From: Gammaproteobacteria bacterium
GTDB taxonomy: Bacteria > Pseudomonadota > Gammaproteobacteria > Steroidobacterales > Steroidobacteraceae
Length of the DNA stretch: 64,000 bases
NCBI GenBank assembly: GCA_041690895.1
Contig: JBEPVT010000011.1
Span: forward strand, 26,983 to 90,982
Reading direction: 5' to 3'
Shown piece by piece: positions 1 through 9,557 of the stretch. The translations under genes were made by a program, and so were the position numbers. Position 1 is the stretch's first letter. Every line of letters starts with the position of its first letter. Below the pieces are notes generated by a model. It was given only the letters and a program-made list of their open reading frames with translations, did not search any database and was not told the origin of the DNA.

Positions 1-138
1 TACGAGGCGCAGACCAAGCCGTTGATCAACTATTACCAGGCGGCAGGACTGCTGCGCTCGGTGGATGCCGACGCCGACATGAACACCGTGTTCAAGAACA
101 TCCAGGCGGCCATCGGCAGCGCGACACCGCGCGTTTAG
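1..138 (+). CDS. adk: adenylate kinase, C-terminal fragment (5' end outside window)
   Basis: Frame 1 is open from base 1. It translates to YEAQTKPLINYYQAAGLLRSVDADADMNTVFKNIQAAIGSATPRV*, which looks like an Adk C-terminus. TAG stop at 136-138. Confidence 0.8.
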   Translation, partial: YEAQTKPLINYYQAAGLLRSVDADADMNTVFKNIQAAIGSATPRV

Positions 139-1235
139 CCGAGCGTCGCGAGCAGACGAGTGCCGATCTCTGGCAATCGCCAGCCCGTGAGGGCGCGGCT
201 GGAGCGCGCTGATCCGGCGGGCGTGCTCATCGCGAGTGCCTTTAGCTCGCCGCGCGGTGCGAGCACCTCGGCGCTGACCTGAAGCTCTGCGGCGCGCGCA
301 TCCACGGTTTTGCTGAGCCGATCGAGCAGCGCTTTCTGCTCGGGCGTCGGGCGCGAGTCCTGAACAGGTTGCCTGTCTTGCAATGCCTTGCCGGAGGAAA
401 CCACCAGCGCATCGAGCAGCGTGGCCGCGAATTTCTCGTTCATGGGCTGCACGGCATCGAGCGCCGCAGGCGTGGCGGGGTTGGCCTGCGCAATGGAAAA
501 AATGGCCGCATCCGCGAGAATCCACGCGCGCGGCAGATCACGCTCGCGCGCCAACTTCTCGCGCCACACGGCGATGGCTTTGGCTTGCGCGCGAGGCTCA
601 GGCGCCAATTGGCCGATACCCTTGAGCCGCTCCCACGCCTGTGCAGGATCCGGTTCGTAGAGCCGACGCTCCTGAAGTTCCAAACAATCCTCAAGCACCC
701 AGTGCTCACGTCCGAGGCTCTGCAAGCGCGCCTGAAGTTTCTCGGCGATGTCGCCGAGGTACAGCACATCGTCCGCCGCATATTCCAACTGCGCAGTCGT
801 CAGCGGGCGTTTCGACCAGTCGGTGCGAGTCTGTCCCTTCGGGATGGTGACATCGAGCAGTGTCTTTACCAGTTCCGCATAGCCGACATGGGGCTTCATG
901 CCGATGCACGCCGCCGCAATCTGAGTATCGAATACCGGCGACACCACTTGTTTGGCCGTCAGATACAGGGCTTCAAGGTCCTGGCGCGCGGCATGGATGA
1001 GCTTGCGCACGCGCGGCGCGGTCAATACCGGCATCAGCGCATCGAGGCCGCCGATCCGCAGGGTGTCGAGGCACCAGATCTGTCCCGCGGCGCACAGCTG
1101 CAGCAGGCACAATTTCGGAAAAAACGTGCGTTCGCGCAAGAATTCCGTGTCGAGACCGATCCATGCTTGCGACTCCAAGGTACGCGCAAGCGAATCAAGC
1201 TCATCGCTTCGATCGATCCAAATCGCGTCAGTCAT
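135..1235 (-). CDS. rnd: ribonuclease D
   Basis: DEDD exonuclease motifs (GLDTEF, HAARQDLEAL, YAADDVLYL) followed by an HRDC-like tail. ATG at 1235 is preceded by AGGA. GTG at 1247 (the ORF-track start) is the alternative. Confidence 0.9.
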   Translation of the reverse strand: MTDAIWIDRSDELDSLARTLESQAWIGLDTEFLRERTFFPKLCLLQLCAAGQIWCLDTLRIGGLDALMPVLTAPRVRKLIHAARQDLEALYLTAKQVVSPVFDTQIAAACIGMKPHVGYAELVKTLLDVTIPKGQTRTDWSKRPLTTAQLEYAADDVLYLGDIAEKLQARLQSLGREHWVLEDCLELQERRLYEPDPAQAWERLKGIGQLAPEPRAQAKAIAVWREKLARERDLPRAWILADAAIFSIAQANPATPAALDAVQPMNEKFAATLLDALVVSSGKALQDRQPVQDSRPTPEQKALLDRLSKTVDARAAELQVSAEVLAPRGELKALAMSTPAGSARSSRALTGWRLPEIGTRLLATLG

Positions 1236-1282
1236 TAGTCCTACCACGTGTACAATTTAGAATGAATTATGACTGAATCGGT

Positions 1283-1798
1283 ATGCTGCGACTCGTAAAA
1301 GCATTCTTGGACATAGCACTTCGGCGCCAGTCGCCGGCGCATCTACCCGCGTCGATGTTCCTGTTGCTGCTGGTGGCCGGAGTTGCGGCGCTGTCAGAGG
1401 TGCTGGGGGCGCTGCTGCCGCCGCCGCCCAACGATGGAATCTTCATGCGCATCGTTCTGGGCGTGGCATTGCCGCTGGCGTTTACCTGGGTATTGCTGGC
1501 GCTGACGCGCCGTCGCGCGCGATATTTGCAGACCGCCGCCGCGCTGCTCGGTGTCGGCTCGCTCGCAGGATTCATTCTCTATCCGTTGGATTCGCTGGCG
1601 CGAATGATAGGCGTGGATAAGCTGGCGGCGCTGCCGATCGCGGTGCTGTGGACGGCCGTATTTATCGGCTATTTGCTGGCATGCGCGCATATCTGGCGCG
1701 CCGCGTTCGACTCCGGCTTGCTGTTGGGCGGAGCCATCAGCATTGGATATTTCATTTTGGCCGTGCTGATCGGACAACAACTTTTGCCGCAATCATGA
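1283..1798 (+). CDS. hypothetical polytopic inner-membrane protein (4-5 TM helices, Yip1-like topology)
   Basis: 171-aa ORF with several hydrophobic helices. Its TGA stop overlaps the mpl ATG (ATGA at 1795-1798). No family recognised. Confidence 0.6.
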   Translation: MLRLVKAFLDIALRRQSPAHLPASMFLLLLVAGVAALSEVLGALLPPPPNDGIFMRIVLGVALPLAFTWVLLALTRRRARYLQTAAALLGVGSLAGFILYPLDSLARMIGVDKLAALPIAVLWTAVFIGYLLACAHIWRAAFDSGLLLGGAISIGYFILAVLIGQQLLPQS

Positions 1799-3174
1799 CA
1801 ACGCATATCCATATTTTAGGCATCGCAGGCACTTTCATGGGTGGCGTGGCGGCCATCGCGAAGGCAGCGGGATTTCGCGTCAGCGGATCGGATCTCAACG
1901 TCTATCCGCCCATGAGCACGCAGCTCGAGGCGCTCGGCATCGAGCTAGTGCAGGGCTATGGCGCGGACCAGCTGGATCTTGGTCCCGATGTAGTCGTGGT
2001 CGGCAACGCGTTGAGCCGCGGCAGTCCGGTGATCGAGGCCATGCTCGACCGCGGCATCCCCTATACCTCGGGGCCGTTGTGGCTCGCCGAACAGGTGCTG
2101 CAGGCACGGCATGTGATCGCGGTCAGCGGCACGCACGGCAAAACCACCACCACCGCCATGCTCGCGTGGATGCTGGAGCACGCAGGTCTTGCGCCTGGAT
2201 ACTTGGTCGGCGGTGTGCCGAGCAACTTCGAATCCAGCGCTCGTTTAGGTCAGGCGCCGTTCTTCGTCATTGAAGCCGATGAATACGATACCGCGTTCTT
2301 CGACAAGCGTGCCAAATTTGTGCATTACCGGCCGCGCACCGCCATCCTCAATAATTTGGAATATGACCACGCCGATATTTATCCCGACGTAGCTTCGATC
2401 CGCCGACAGTTCAATCAGTTGCTGCGTACGATCCCAGGGACAGGGCGGTTGATCGTGAACGGGCACGACGCGGAGCTAGCAACGACCTTGAGCGCGGGTT
2501 GCTGGACGCCGCGCGAATCCTTCGGTTTGGCAGAAGCTGCGCCGCCGTGCGACTGGACAGCACGGATTGCCAAGGATTCCGCCGCAAGTCGGTTCACGGT
2601 GCATTTTAAGGGCGCGGCTGTGGCCGAAGTCGAGTGGGGCCTGATCGGTGAGCACAATGTGCTGAATGCCCTGGCGGCGATTGGCGCTGCCCACCATCTC
2701 GGCATAGCACCGGAGCGTGCCGCGCAGGCTCTGAATTTATTTCGCGGCGTCAAGCGGCGCATGGAAGTGCGCGGCGTCATCGCCGGCATCACGGTGTACG
2801 ATGACTTCGCGCATCATCCAACCGCCATCGAGACCACGCTCAAGGGTCTGCGCGCGCGCGTCGGCGCGCACCGCATCCTCGCCGTGCTGGAGCCGCGTTC
2901 CAACACCATGAAATTGGGCGTGCACAGTGCCCAACTGGCGCCTGCGCTTGAGCTTGCCGACAAGAGCTGGTTCCTCGCTGCAAAGGATTTGGGCTGGGAC
3001 CTGCAGGGCGCGATTTCGAGCATGGGCGATCGCGTGAGCCTGGTGGCAAGTGTCGATGAGCTGGTGCGAGCGCTGGCGGCGGAGGCACGGTCGGGCGACC
3101 ATGTTCTCATCATGAGCAACGGCGGCTTCGGCGGTCTGCACGATAAACTATTGGCCGCGTTGCGGGCGCGCTGA
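1795..3174 (+). CDS. mpl: UDP-N-acetylmuramate:L-alanyl-gamma-D-glutamyl-meso-diaminopimelate ligase
   Basis: MTTHIHILGIAGTFMGG N-terminus, Mur-ligase P-loop GTHGKTTT, MurC-like length. The 1648 start in the ORF track is an Arg-rich upstream extension. Confidence 0.9.
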   Translation: MTTHIHILGIAGTFMGGVAAIAKAAGFRVSGSDLNVYPPMSTQLEALGIELVQGYGADQLDLGPDVVVVGNALSRGSPVIEAMLDRGIPYTSGPLWLAEQVLQARHVIAVSGTHGKTTTTAMLAWMLEHAGLAPGYLVGGVPSNFESSARLGQAPFFVIEADEYDTAFFDKRAKFVHYRPRTAILNNLEYDHADIYPDVASIRRQFNQLLRTIPGTGRLIVNGHDAELATTLSAGCWTPRESFGLAEAAPPCDWTARIAKDSAASRFTVHFKGAAVAEVEWGLIGEHNVLNALAAIGAAHHLGIAPERAAQALNLFRGVKRRMEVRGVIAGITVYDDFAHHPTAIETTLKGLRARVGAHRILAVLEPRSNTMKLGVHSAQLAPALELADKSWFLAAKDLGWDLQGAISSMGDRVSLVASVDELVRALAAEARSGDHVLIMSNGGFGGLHDKLLAALRAR

Positions 3175-3782
3175 TGCCGGCGCCGCAATCGATTGCGCTG
3201 TTTCCGCTCAGCATCGTGCTATTTCCCGAAGGTCCCTTGCCGCTGCGAATCTTTGAAACCCGCTATGTGGACATGGTGCGGCGGTGCATGCGCGAAGATC
3301 AGCGCTTCGGCGTGGTGTTGATCCGCGAGGGCAGCGAAGTGGGGCCCGCCGCGACCTTCGATATCGGCACGATGGCGAAGATCGTCGACTTTCATCAATT
3401 GTCCGATGGCTTTTTGGGCCTGTCCTGCGTCGGTGAGCAGCGATTTCGCATCATCAGCCGCAGCCGTCAGGGCGATGGCCTGAACTTGGCCGACATCGAA
3501 AGCCTGGAGCGGGAACCTAAGCTCGGTGTGCCCGAACGCCACACGCGCCTGGCGGAGCTTCTGCAGACCGTGCTGCCGCAATTGGACGAAGTCTATGCCG
3601 GCATCGAGATGCACTTGGACGATGCGGCCTGGGTGGGGTATCGGCTGGCGGAAATTCTGCCGATCCAGGCTTGCGAAAAACAGTTTTGCCTGGAGCTCAG
3701 CGATCCGCTCCGGCGTCTCGATTTTTTAAGTCCGCTGACGCAGCGCGACAGCGTGCCGCAGGAGCCCACAGGGCGCGGGTAA
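3174..3782 (+). CDS. LON substrate-binding (Lon N-terminal) domain protein
   Basis: N-terminus IALFPLSIVLFPEGPLPLRIFETRY is typical of stand-alone LON-domain proteins. ATG overlaps the mpl stop (TGATG). Confidence 0.8.
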   Translation: MPAPQSIALFPLSIVLFPEGPLPLRIFETRYVDMVRRCMREDQRFGVVLIREGSEVGPAATFDIGTMAKIVDFHQLSDGFLGLSCVGEQRFRIISRSRQGDGLNLADIESLEREPKLGVPERHTRLAELLQTVLPQLDEVYAGIEMHLDDAAWVGYRLAEILPIQACEKQFCLELSDPLRRLDFLSPLTQRDSVPQEPTGRG

Positions 3783-4617
3783 GCCAGAGCGCAATGCCGA
3801 TGCAGATTCCCCACGGCACCAGCCAATAACCCAGCAATCCGTCGAATCGGCCGACCCAAAAGGAATAGCGTGGCGCCGCAGCGCTCGTTGTTGCCTCCTG
3901 CAGCATGCGCAGCACCACGACCCAGCCGGCGTGCAGGCCGATCGCCACCGCGATATTGCCGGTGAGCACCCGCGTCAGACTCAAGATCAGTCCGACGATG
4001 AGCCACGAAAGAAAGGAATCGAACACCAACGCTGGTTGCGCCAGCGGCGCGAACGAGCGTTGCAACAAGTCGAAGCCGCTCCACCAACCGACATCCTGCG
4101 GCGCAATTCGCGCTTTCGCAAAAAAGTGCACGACTGCGAATATGAGCGCGGTCAGCAAGGCGGCGGCCCATGGCCCTGATTGCCGTTCGATGGCGGAGTG
4201 CATCGCGCCGCGCATCACGGTTTCTTCGATCAGCGCGACGGCGACACCGGAACTTAGGCCGATGAGAAAAATGCGCGCGAAGCTGAAGGTTGGAATGGGC
4301 ATGCGCAGATGCGTCGATAATAGAAATCCGGCACCCACGCTCGCGGTGGCCATGCCGACGGTTCCCCACACGAGGCTCACCTTTAAGAATCTGCGCCACG
4401 GCAGGCAGTAGCCAAAATCGCGCTTGGCGGTTAGCTTGAGGTGGCGGCACAGCCATATGAGTTCTGCGATCAGCACCAGCATTGCTATTCGGCTTGCGAC
4501 GCGGTGAAAGGCCCAACTTGCGAAGCTCGCCGTCAGTTCGTAGGCGGGGTAGGCGAGCAGTGCGCCAATCACTCCTGCGAGCACTATGGCGCCGACGAAC
4601 CACGCGAAGGCGCGCAT
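3697..4617 (-). CDS. CPBP family intramembrane glutamic endopeptidase (CAAX protease-like)
   Basis: Polytopic membrane protein with EETVMRG (EExxxR), FAVVHF (FxxxH) and LHAGW motifs. Start overlaps the hemL stop by 1 nt. Confidence 0.8.
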   Translation of the reverse strand: MRAFAWFVGAIVLAGVIGALLAYPAYELTASFASWAFHRVASRIAMLVLIAELIWLCRHLKLTAKRDFGYCLPWRRFLKVSLVWGTVGMATASVGAGFLLSTHLRMPIPTFSFARIFLIGLSSGVAVALIEETVMRGAMHSAIERQSGPWAAALLTALIFAVVHFFAKARIAPQDVGWWSGFDLLQRSFAPLAQPALVFDSFLSWLIVGLILSLTRVLTGNIAVAIGLHAGWVVVLRMLQEATTSAAAPRYSFWVGRFDGLLGYWLVPWGICIGIALWLTRALWAPAARCRAASADLKNRDAGADR

Positions 4618-5885
4618 CAGAGGGAGTTAAAGACTCGCGCGGCGGCCGCGGCGGTTGCCTGGATGTCCGCCGCCGAATGCGCCGCCGACAGGAATCCTGC
4701 CTCGAATGCGGACGGCGCGAAATACACCCCTTCGGCGAGCATGCCATGAAAGAATCGCTTGAAGCGCTCGACATCACAGGCCATGACCTTTTCGTAGCGA
4801 TCGACATTGCGCTCGGTGGTGAAGAAGAAGCCGAACATGCCGCAGACGTGATTGGTGCTGAGTGCAATGCCGGCGCCCGCCGCAGCCGTTGCCAATTGTT
4901 GCACCAATATGTCGGTCATCGCGCCCAAGTGTTGATGAAAGCCCGGCGCGCTGATGAGCTCAAGCGTGGTCAGGCCGGCGATCATCGCCACGGGGTTTCC
5001 GGACAGGGTTCCTGCTTGGTACACAGGACCTAACGGCGCGAGCTGCTCCATGACGTCGCGCCGGCCGCCGAAGGCGCCGACCGGCATGCCGCCGCCGATG
5101 ATTTTGCCGAGCGTGGTCAAGTCCGGGCGTACGCCGTACAGCGCTTGCGCACCGCCTAGGGCTACGCGAAATCCCGTCATGACCTCGTCGAACAACAGCA
5201 GCGCACCCGTTCGATCGCACTCGTTTCTTAACGTCTGCAAGAAATCCGGCGCCGGCGGGACGCAGTTCATGTTGCCGGCCACCGGCTCGACGATGACGCA
5301 GGCGACTTGCGCGCCGATCTGCCGGAACACCCGCTGGACTTGATCCACATCGTTGTAGTTGAGCGTCACCGTATGGCTGGCGAGCGACTTGGGCACGCCC
5401 GGGGAAGTGGGAACGCCGAGCGTTAAGGCACCGGAGCCGGCCTTGATCAACAAGGAATCGGAATGGCCGTGATAGCAACCCTCGAACTTCACGATGGTGT
5501 CGCGGCCGGTAAAGCCGCGGGCCAGGCGAATTGCGCTCATGGTCGCTTCGGTGCCGGAACTGACGAAGCGCACCAATTCGATCGAAGGCATGAGCTCGAT
5601 GACACGCCGCGCCAGCCGCGTTTCCAATTCGGTGGGGGCGCCGAAGCTCAAGCCGTCCGCGGCAACTTCCTGCACAGCCTCGATAACCCGCGGGTGAGCG
5701 TGGCCTAGGATCATGGGGCCCCAGGAACCGACGTAATCGAGGTAGCGGCGATCATCCGTGTCAACCACGTAAGCGCCCTTGGCCTGCTTGAAGAAAATGG
5801 GCTCTCCGCCCACGCCTCGAAAGGCTCGTACCGGCGAGTTGACGCCGCCCGGAATGTATTTGCAGGCTTCTTGATACAGGCTCAT
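4617..5885 (-). CDS. hemL: glutamate-1-semialdehyde 2,1-aminomutase
   Basis: [28 protein letters not shown]-terminus and class-III aminotransferase body. ATG at 5885; the ORF-track start at 5978 is an extension. Confidence 0.95.
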   Translation of the reverse strand: MSLYQEACKYIPGGVNSPVRAFRGVGGEPIFFKQAKGAYVVDTDDRRYLDYVGSWGPMILGHAHPRVIEAVQEVAADGLSFGAPTELETRLARRVIELMPSIELVRFVSSGTEATMSAIRLARGFTGRDTIVKFEGCYHGHSDSLLIKAGSGALTLGVPTSPGVPKSLASHTVTLNYNDVDQVQRVFRQIGAQVACVIVEPVAGNMNCVPPAPDFLQTLRNECDRTGALLLFDEVMTGFRVALGGAQALYGVRPDLTTLGKIIGGGMPVGAFGGRRDVMEQLAPLGPVYQAGTLSGNPVAMIAGLTTLELISAPGFHQHLGAMTDILVQQLATAAAGAGIALSTNHVCGMFGFFFTTERNVDRYEKVMACDVERFKRFFHGMLAEGVYFAPSAFEAGFLSAAHSAADIQATAAAAARVFNSL

Positions 5886-5895
5886 AGCCGGCAAT

Positions 5896-7248
5896 CTAAA
5901 CAGCGATGACGGCCTCGGGCAAGCTAAGTCGCACTTCCAAGCCGCCGTTGTCGGCATTGACGGCCCGGGCGGTGCCACCGTGAGCCTTCATTACTTGAGA
6001 GGTAATCGCGAGGCCGATGCCCTCGCCGCCGCTGTCGCGGTCGCGCGCTTCGGCGACGCGATAAAAGGGCTCGAAGATGCGCTCCAAAGCCGCCGCCGGC
6101 ACCCCCGGTCCGTGATCGCGAATGAGCAGTTCCAAACCGCTGCTGCGCTTGGCGACTTGCATCTCGACCGGGCTGTCGCTCGGGCTGTAGCGTACGGCAT
6201 TGCGCAACACGTTTTCGATCGCGCTGCGCAGCAGTTCGCGGCTGCCGAGCACGGTGCTGTTGGTCGCGCCGCTTAAGTTGACCTTGCAATTCTTTACGGC
6301 ACCTTCGAAATTGGCGTCGCGCACGACTTCCTCGATGACATCGTCGAGCTCGAAGCGCTCGCGCTCCAGCAAGGCGTCGGTGCCATGCAGCCGCGCCAGC
6401 TTCAGCACCTGACTGATCATCGAATCGAGGCGTTCAATCTCTTTTTCCAGCCGATCCAATTGCCGCGAGAAGTCCGCCGGCGGCTGGCGCGCCAGTCCCA
6501 ACGCCACCCGCATCCGGGCCAGAGGCGAGCGCAGCTCGTGCGATATGTCGCGCAGCAGCTGCGTCGTTGCGCTGCGGTTCGCCCGCAGCTGATCCGCCAT
6601 CGCGTCGAAATCGCGCGCCAACACCGCGAGCTCGTCCTTGCGGCCCTCGAGTCCCGCGCTGACGCGCACATCGAGATTTTCCGAGGCAAGCGCGCGGGCG
6701 CCCGCTTGAATGCGGCGAATGGGTGCGGTGAGGTGCTCCGCCAGCCACCAACTGGTAAGCGCGCTCACAACCAGCGCAATGCCGAGAATGGTCAGTGATA
6801 TGGTCGGCAAGCTGAGCGCGCCGAAGATGCTGTGACGCCGAGGCGTAGTCACCACTGTGTATGTCGATCCGTCCGCGTCAATGATTTGCGGCGCCGCGCG
6901 GCTGGGGCGGAAATTGCCTGGGACCGGATCGCGATTGATTGCATTTAAGCGGCGCGAGACGCTCTCGGGCAAACGCCGTCCGAGAATGTCCCGGCCGTCG
7001 GGGCCGATGATGAACAATTCGCGGTCGCCCAGGGCATTCTTGTTTCCTGCCAGCCAGCTCTTCAGCGCGCTGACGCCGCCGCGCGCCAGAAATTCCGCTG
7101 CCTGGATGGCCACCGAAGGTCGGCGCTGATATTCGAACGGCTCGTTTGCGCGCGACGCGATGGTGTAGGTGGTTGCGATGCTGCTGCCGACGATGAGCGT
7201 CATCGCCAGCAGGAACAGCAGAAAGATTCTCAGGAAGAGGCTATGCAT
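5896..7248 (-). CDS. cpxA: envelope-stress sensor histidine kinase, CpxA-like
   Basis: Two TM segments, HAMP, H-box [10 protein letters not shown]-box [11 protein letters not shown], and [24 protein letters not shown], which closely parallels E. coli CpxA. Overlaps cpxR by 8 nt. Confidence 0.8.
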   Translation of the reverse strand: MHSLFLRIFLLFLLAMTLIVGSSIATTYTIASRANEPFEYQRRPSVAIQAAEFLARGGVSALKSWLAGNKNALGDRELFIIGPDGRDILGRRLPESVSRRLNAINRDPVPGNFRPSRAAPQIIDADGSTYTVVTTPRRHSIFGALSLPTISLTILGIALVVSALTSWWLAEHLTAPIRRIQAGARALASENLDVRVSAGLEGRKDELAVLARDFDAMADQLRANRSATTQLLRDISHELRSPLARMRVALGLARQPPADFSRQLDRLEKEIERLDSMISQVLKLARLHGTDALLERERFELDDVIEEVVRDANFEGAVKNCKVNLSGATNSTVLGSRELLRSAIENVLRNAVRYSPSDSPVEMQVAKRSSGLELLIRDHGPGVPAAALERIFEPFYRVAEARDRDSGGEGIGLAITSQVMKAHGGTARAVNADNGGLEVRLSLPEAVIAV

Positions 7249-7960
7249 GCGCCCAGGTAAGGGTATAGCCGGAGCCGCGAACGTTTTTTATTTGCGGATT
7301 CTTGCCCGTTTCGAACTCGAGCTTGCGGCGCAGGTTACTGATATGAGTATCGATGCTGCGATCGTAGGCCGCGAGCTTGCGCCCCAGGGCCTGTTCCGTC
7401 ATGGAGTCGCGCGAGATCACCTGGCCCGCCGAGCGCATCAGTAGTTCGAGCACGCGAAACTCCGCGCCGGTGAGCGCCACGAGTTTTTCGGCCACGTGTA
7501 CTTGACGAGTTCCCGCGTTCAAGGTTATCGGCCCCACCTTCAGTTCATCGGCAGCGCTGCGCGGCGAACGGCTGCTGGCACGGCGTAAGATCGCACGGAT
7601 GCGCGCCACCAGTTCGCGCGGATTGAAAGGCTTGCTCAAGTAATCGTCCGCTCCGAGTTCCAGTCCGACGATTCGGTCCACATCATCGCCGCGCGCGGTG
7701 AGCATCAGGATGGGGGTGGAATAGGACGCGCCGAGCTTGCGCAGTACATCGAGACCGCTGACGCTCGGCAGCATTACGTCAAGGATGACGATTTCAAATT
7801 CGCCGGCCTGAAGTTCCGTGAGCGCCTCGCCGCCGTCGTGCACGCTTTTCACATCGAAGTGTTCAGCGGCCAAGTATTCCGACAGCATCTGACATAGCTC
7901 GCGATCGTCATCGACCAGGAGCACGCGTGCCGCGCGCGTTGGCGTGGAATCAGTTGTCAT
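7241..7960 (-). CDS. cpxR: OmpR-family response regulator, CpxR-like
   Basis: RVLLVDDDRELCQML...LTARGDDVDRIVGLELGADDYLSKPFNPRELVARIRAILRR closely parallels E. coli CpxR. ATG at 7960. Confidence 0.8.
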   Translation of the reverse strand: MTTDSTPTRAARVLLVDDDRELCQMLSEYLAAEHFDVKSVHDGGEALTELQAGEFEIVILDVMLPSVSGLDVLRKLGASYSTPILMLTARGDDVDRIVGLELGADDYLSKPFNPRELVARIRAILRRASSRSPRSAADELKVGPITLNAGTRQVHVAEKLVALTGAEFRVLELLMRSAGQVISRDSMTEQALGRKLAAYDRSIDTHISNLRRKLEFETGKNPQIKNVRGSGYTLTWAHA

Positions 7961-8009
7961 ACCTCTACTTTGGCACAGACGACGCTGCGACGCGGCCCAA
8001 GCCATTGAA

Positions 8010-8024
8010 TTTACAATTCTTAAC
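8010..8024 (-). promoter_or_regulatory. candidate CpxR box (GTTAA-N5-GTAAA on the minus strand)
   Basis: The reverse complement of 8010-8024 reads GTTAAGAATTGTAAA, against the remembered consensus GTAAA-N5-GTAAA. It lies in the 145-bp cpxR / cpxP-like divergent intergenic region. Confidence 0.35.
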
Positions 8025-8105
8025 AGAACCCTGCGGCGCCTCTGACACATGTTTGCACGGCGCCAGCCTAGGATAAGAGCCGTACACTTTTACTGTATTG
8101 GAGCA

Positions 8106-8624
8106 ATGAATATGAAATCGAATCGCAATTTGCTGGCCGGAACTCTGCTGGCGGCCGGAGCGCTGGTAACGGCCGCCGCGGGCATTTCGATGGCGACTGC
8201 GGCCGATGAAACAACGACCACGCCGCCTGCCGCGGCCGGTGCGCATGGCGGCTGGCATCATCACCATCCTGGCGCCGCATTCCTGTTGTCCAAGCTCAAC
8301 TTGACTGCAGAGCAGCGGGCTTCCGTCAAGACCATCATGGCGAGCGCCGCTCCGCAGATGAAGAGCATTCACCAGGAAATGCGCGCCAATTCGTTGAAGC
8401 TTAGTCAAACGCAGCCGACGGATGCGAATTACCCCGGCGTCGTGTCGCAAGTCACGCAAGCGAACGGCTCGCTACACGCGCAGATGATCACGCAACGCGA
8501 AGCGGTGCGCGCGCAAATCTTCAAGGTATTGACGCCGGCACAGCAAACGCAGCTCGCCAGCCTAAAGGCGCAGCTGCAAACGCAGATGCAATCGCGCGCG
8601 CCGGGCGGCAGCGCAGCGCAATAG
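8106..8624 (+). CDS. Spy/CpxP-family periplasmic chaperone/adaptor
   Basis: Signal peptide, two LTXXQ motifs (LTAEQ, LTPAQQ), a helical Q-rich body, and a position divergent from cpxRA. GGAG lies 5 nt before ATG 8106. Confidence 0.75.
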   Translation: MNMKSNRNLLAGTLLAAGALVTAAAGISMATAADETTTTPPAAAGAHGGWHHHHPGAAFLLSKLNLTAEQRASVKTIMASAAPQMKSIHQEMRANSLKLSQTQPTDANYPGVVSQVTQANGSLHAQMITQREAVRAQIFKVLTPAQQTQLASLKAQLQTQMQSRAPGGSAAQ

Positions 8625-8669
8625 AACTATCCGTTGGTCAGTCTTTGAGATCGTCGTCGTTCTGCACGC

Positions 8670-9548
8670 TCAACGTTGGGCGGCCGCGATCCCATCTTTT
8701 TCCAGCAGCTGTATCACGCTGCCCTGACCCACCAGATGTCCGGTGCCGACGATTACCAAGTAATTCTTGTCGGCGTTGAGCAATGCTTCGATTTTTGGCA
8801 GCCACTTGCGGTTGCGCGCTACGAGTATGGACTCGTACAGCGCCGGATCGCGGCCGAACTCAGATTTCAATTGGTCTGCGAACCATTGCGTGTCGCCGCT
8901 CGCCCAGGCATGCACCATGGCATCCACTTGCTTGGGAAGGTCATGCGCTTCTTCGAGACTCGAGACCAGGTAATCGGCTTGCTCGTCCATTGACAGCGCG
9001 TCGAACAGAGCAATCTGGTCGTGCACGGTTTCCAGTCCCGCTACGGCCTTGCCGTCGACGCGGGCACGCTCCAAGAAAAACATTTCGACGCCGGACTTGG
9101 GCTGAAATCCGAGTTGCTGCAGCTGCAGCTGCGAAATTGCTTCAGCGGCGAACCACGGCGCGAACGCGTCGAAAATACCGAGATCTACGCCGACCTCGTG
9201 GGCCAATGCCTGCGCGCGCATATAGCGTTGCTCGCCCATGATGTCAGGCAGGTTCTTGCCCTCGGGCAGGCGCGCGCTGGCGAGCAGCTCGGTCTGCATG
9301 CCCTGCGAATCGATATTCGCCAAATCGATTTCCATGAGAATCGATTTCGCTTTGTCGTAGGCGTTCAGCACCGCGGGGCTAAGCGGATAGTCGGTTTGGC
9401 GCAATACATGGATGGAGCCCAAGATGTACACGGTGTTGTGCTTGCCGTGCAATTCCCAGAGCGCATGCAGCGGACCGTCGGCGCGCACTGTGGCCGAAAG
9501 AGCGGCGCACGACAGTGCCAGTCCCAGCAAACGCCAGCAACGGATCAA
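8670..9548 (-). CDS. TraB/GumN family protein (secreted)
   Basis: Signal peptide followed by LWELHGKHNTVYILGSIHVL, the GumN signature. Confidence 0.75.
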   Translation of the reverse strand: MIRCWRLLGLALSCAALSATVRADGPLHALWELHGKHNTVYILGSIHVLRQTDYPLSPAVLNAYDKAKSILMEIDLANIDSQGMQTELLASARLPEGKNLPDIMGEQRYMRAQALAHEVGVDLGIFDAFAPWFAAEAISQLQLQQLGFQPKSGVEMFFLERARVDGKAVAGLETVHDQIALFDALSMDEQADYLVSSLEEAHDLPKQVDAMVHAWASGDTQWFADQLKSEFGRDPALYESILVARNRKWLPKIEALLNADKNYLVIVGTGHLVGQGSVIQLLEKDGIAAAQR

Positions 9549-9557
9549 GGGAGGCTC

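Noticed and set aside
1648-1794. N-terminal extensions offered by the ORF track for mpl. The same pattern applies to hemL (to 5978), cpxR (to 8050), lptC (to 24150), murA (25587), petA (28256), mraZ (36024), ftsW (44652), murG (45770), murC (47119), ddl (49250), ftsQ (50403), lpxC (53823) and hipA (59975).
   Set aside because: The extensions are Arg/Gly-rich, overlap the preceding gene, and precede canonical N-termini that coincide with ATGA/GTGA coupling sites or good RBSs. I used the internal starts.
3593-4867. 424-aa minus-strand ORF overlapping the CPBP gene and the 3' end of hemL in another frame.
   Set aside because: The translation is Arg/Ser/Ala-rich nonsense, and the co-located frames carry clear CPBP and HemL motifs.
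7971-7985. Sigma-54-like element TGGCAC-N5-ACGC (GG-N10-GC spacing) pointing toward the CpxP-like gene.
   Set aside because: The -12 region lacks the TTGC core. There is no enhancer-binding-protein gene nearby (CpxR is OmpR-family). It also sits directly against the cpxR start codon, so it is probably a chance match.
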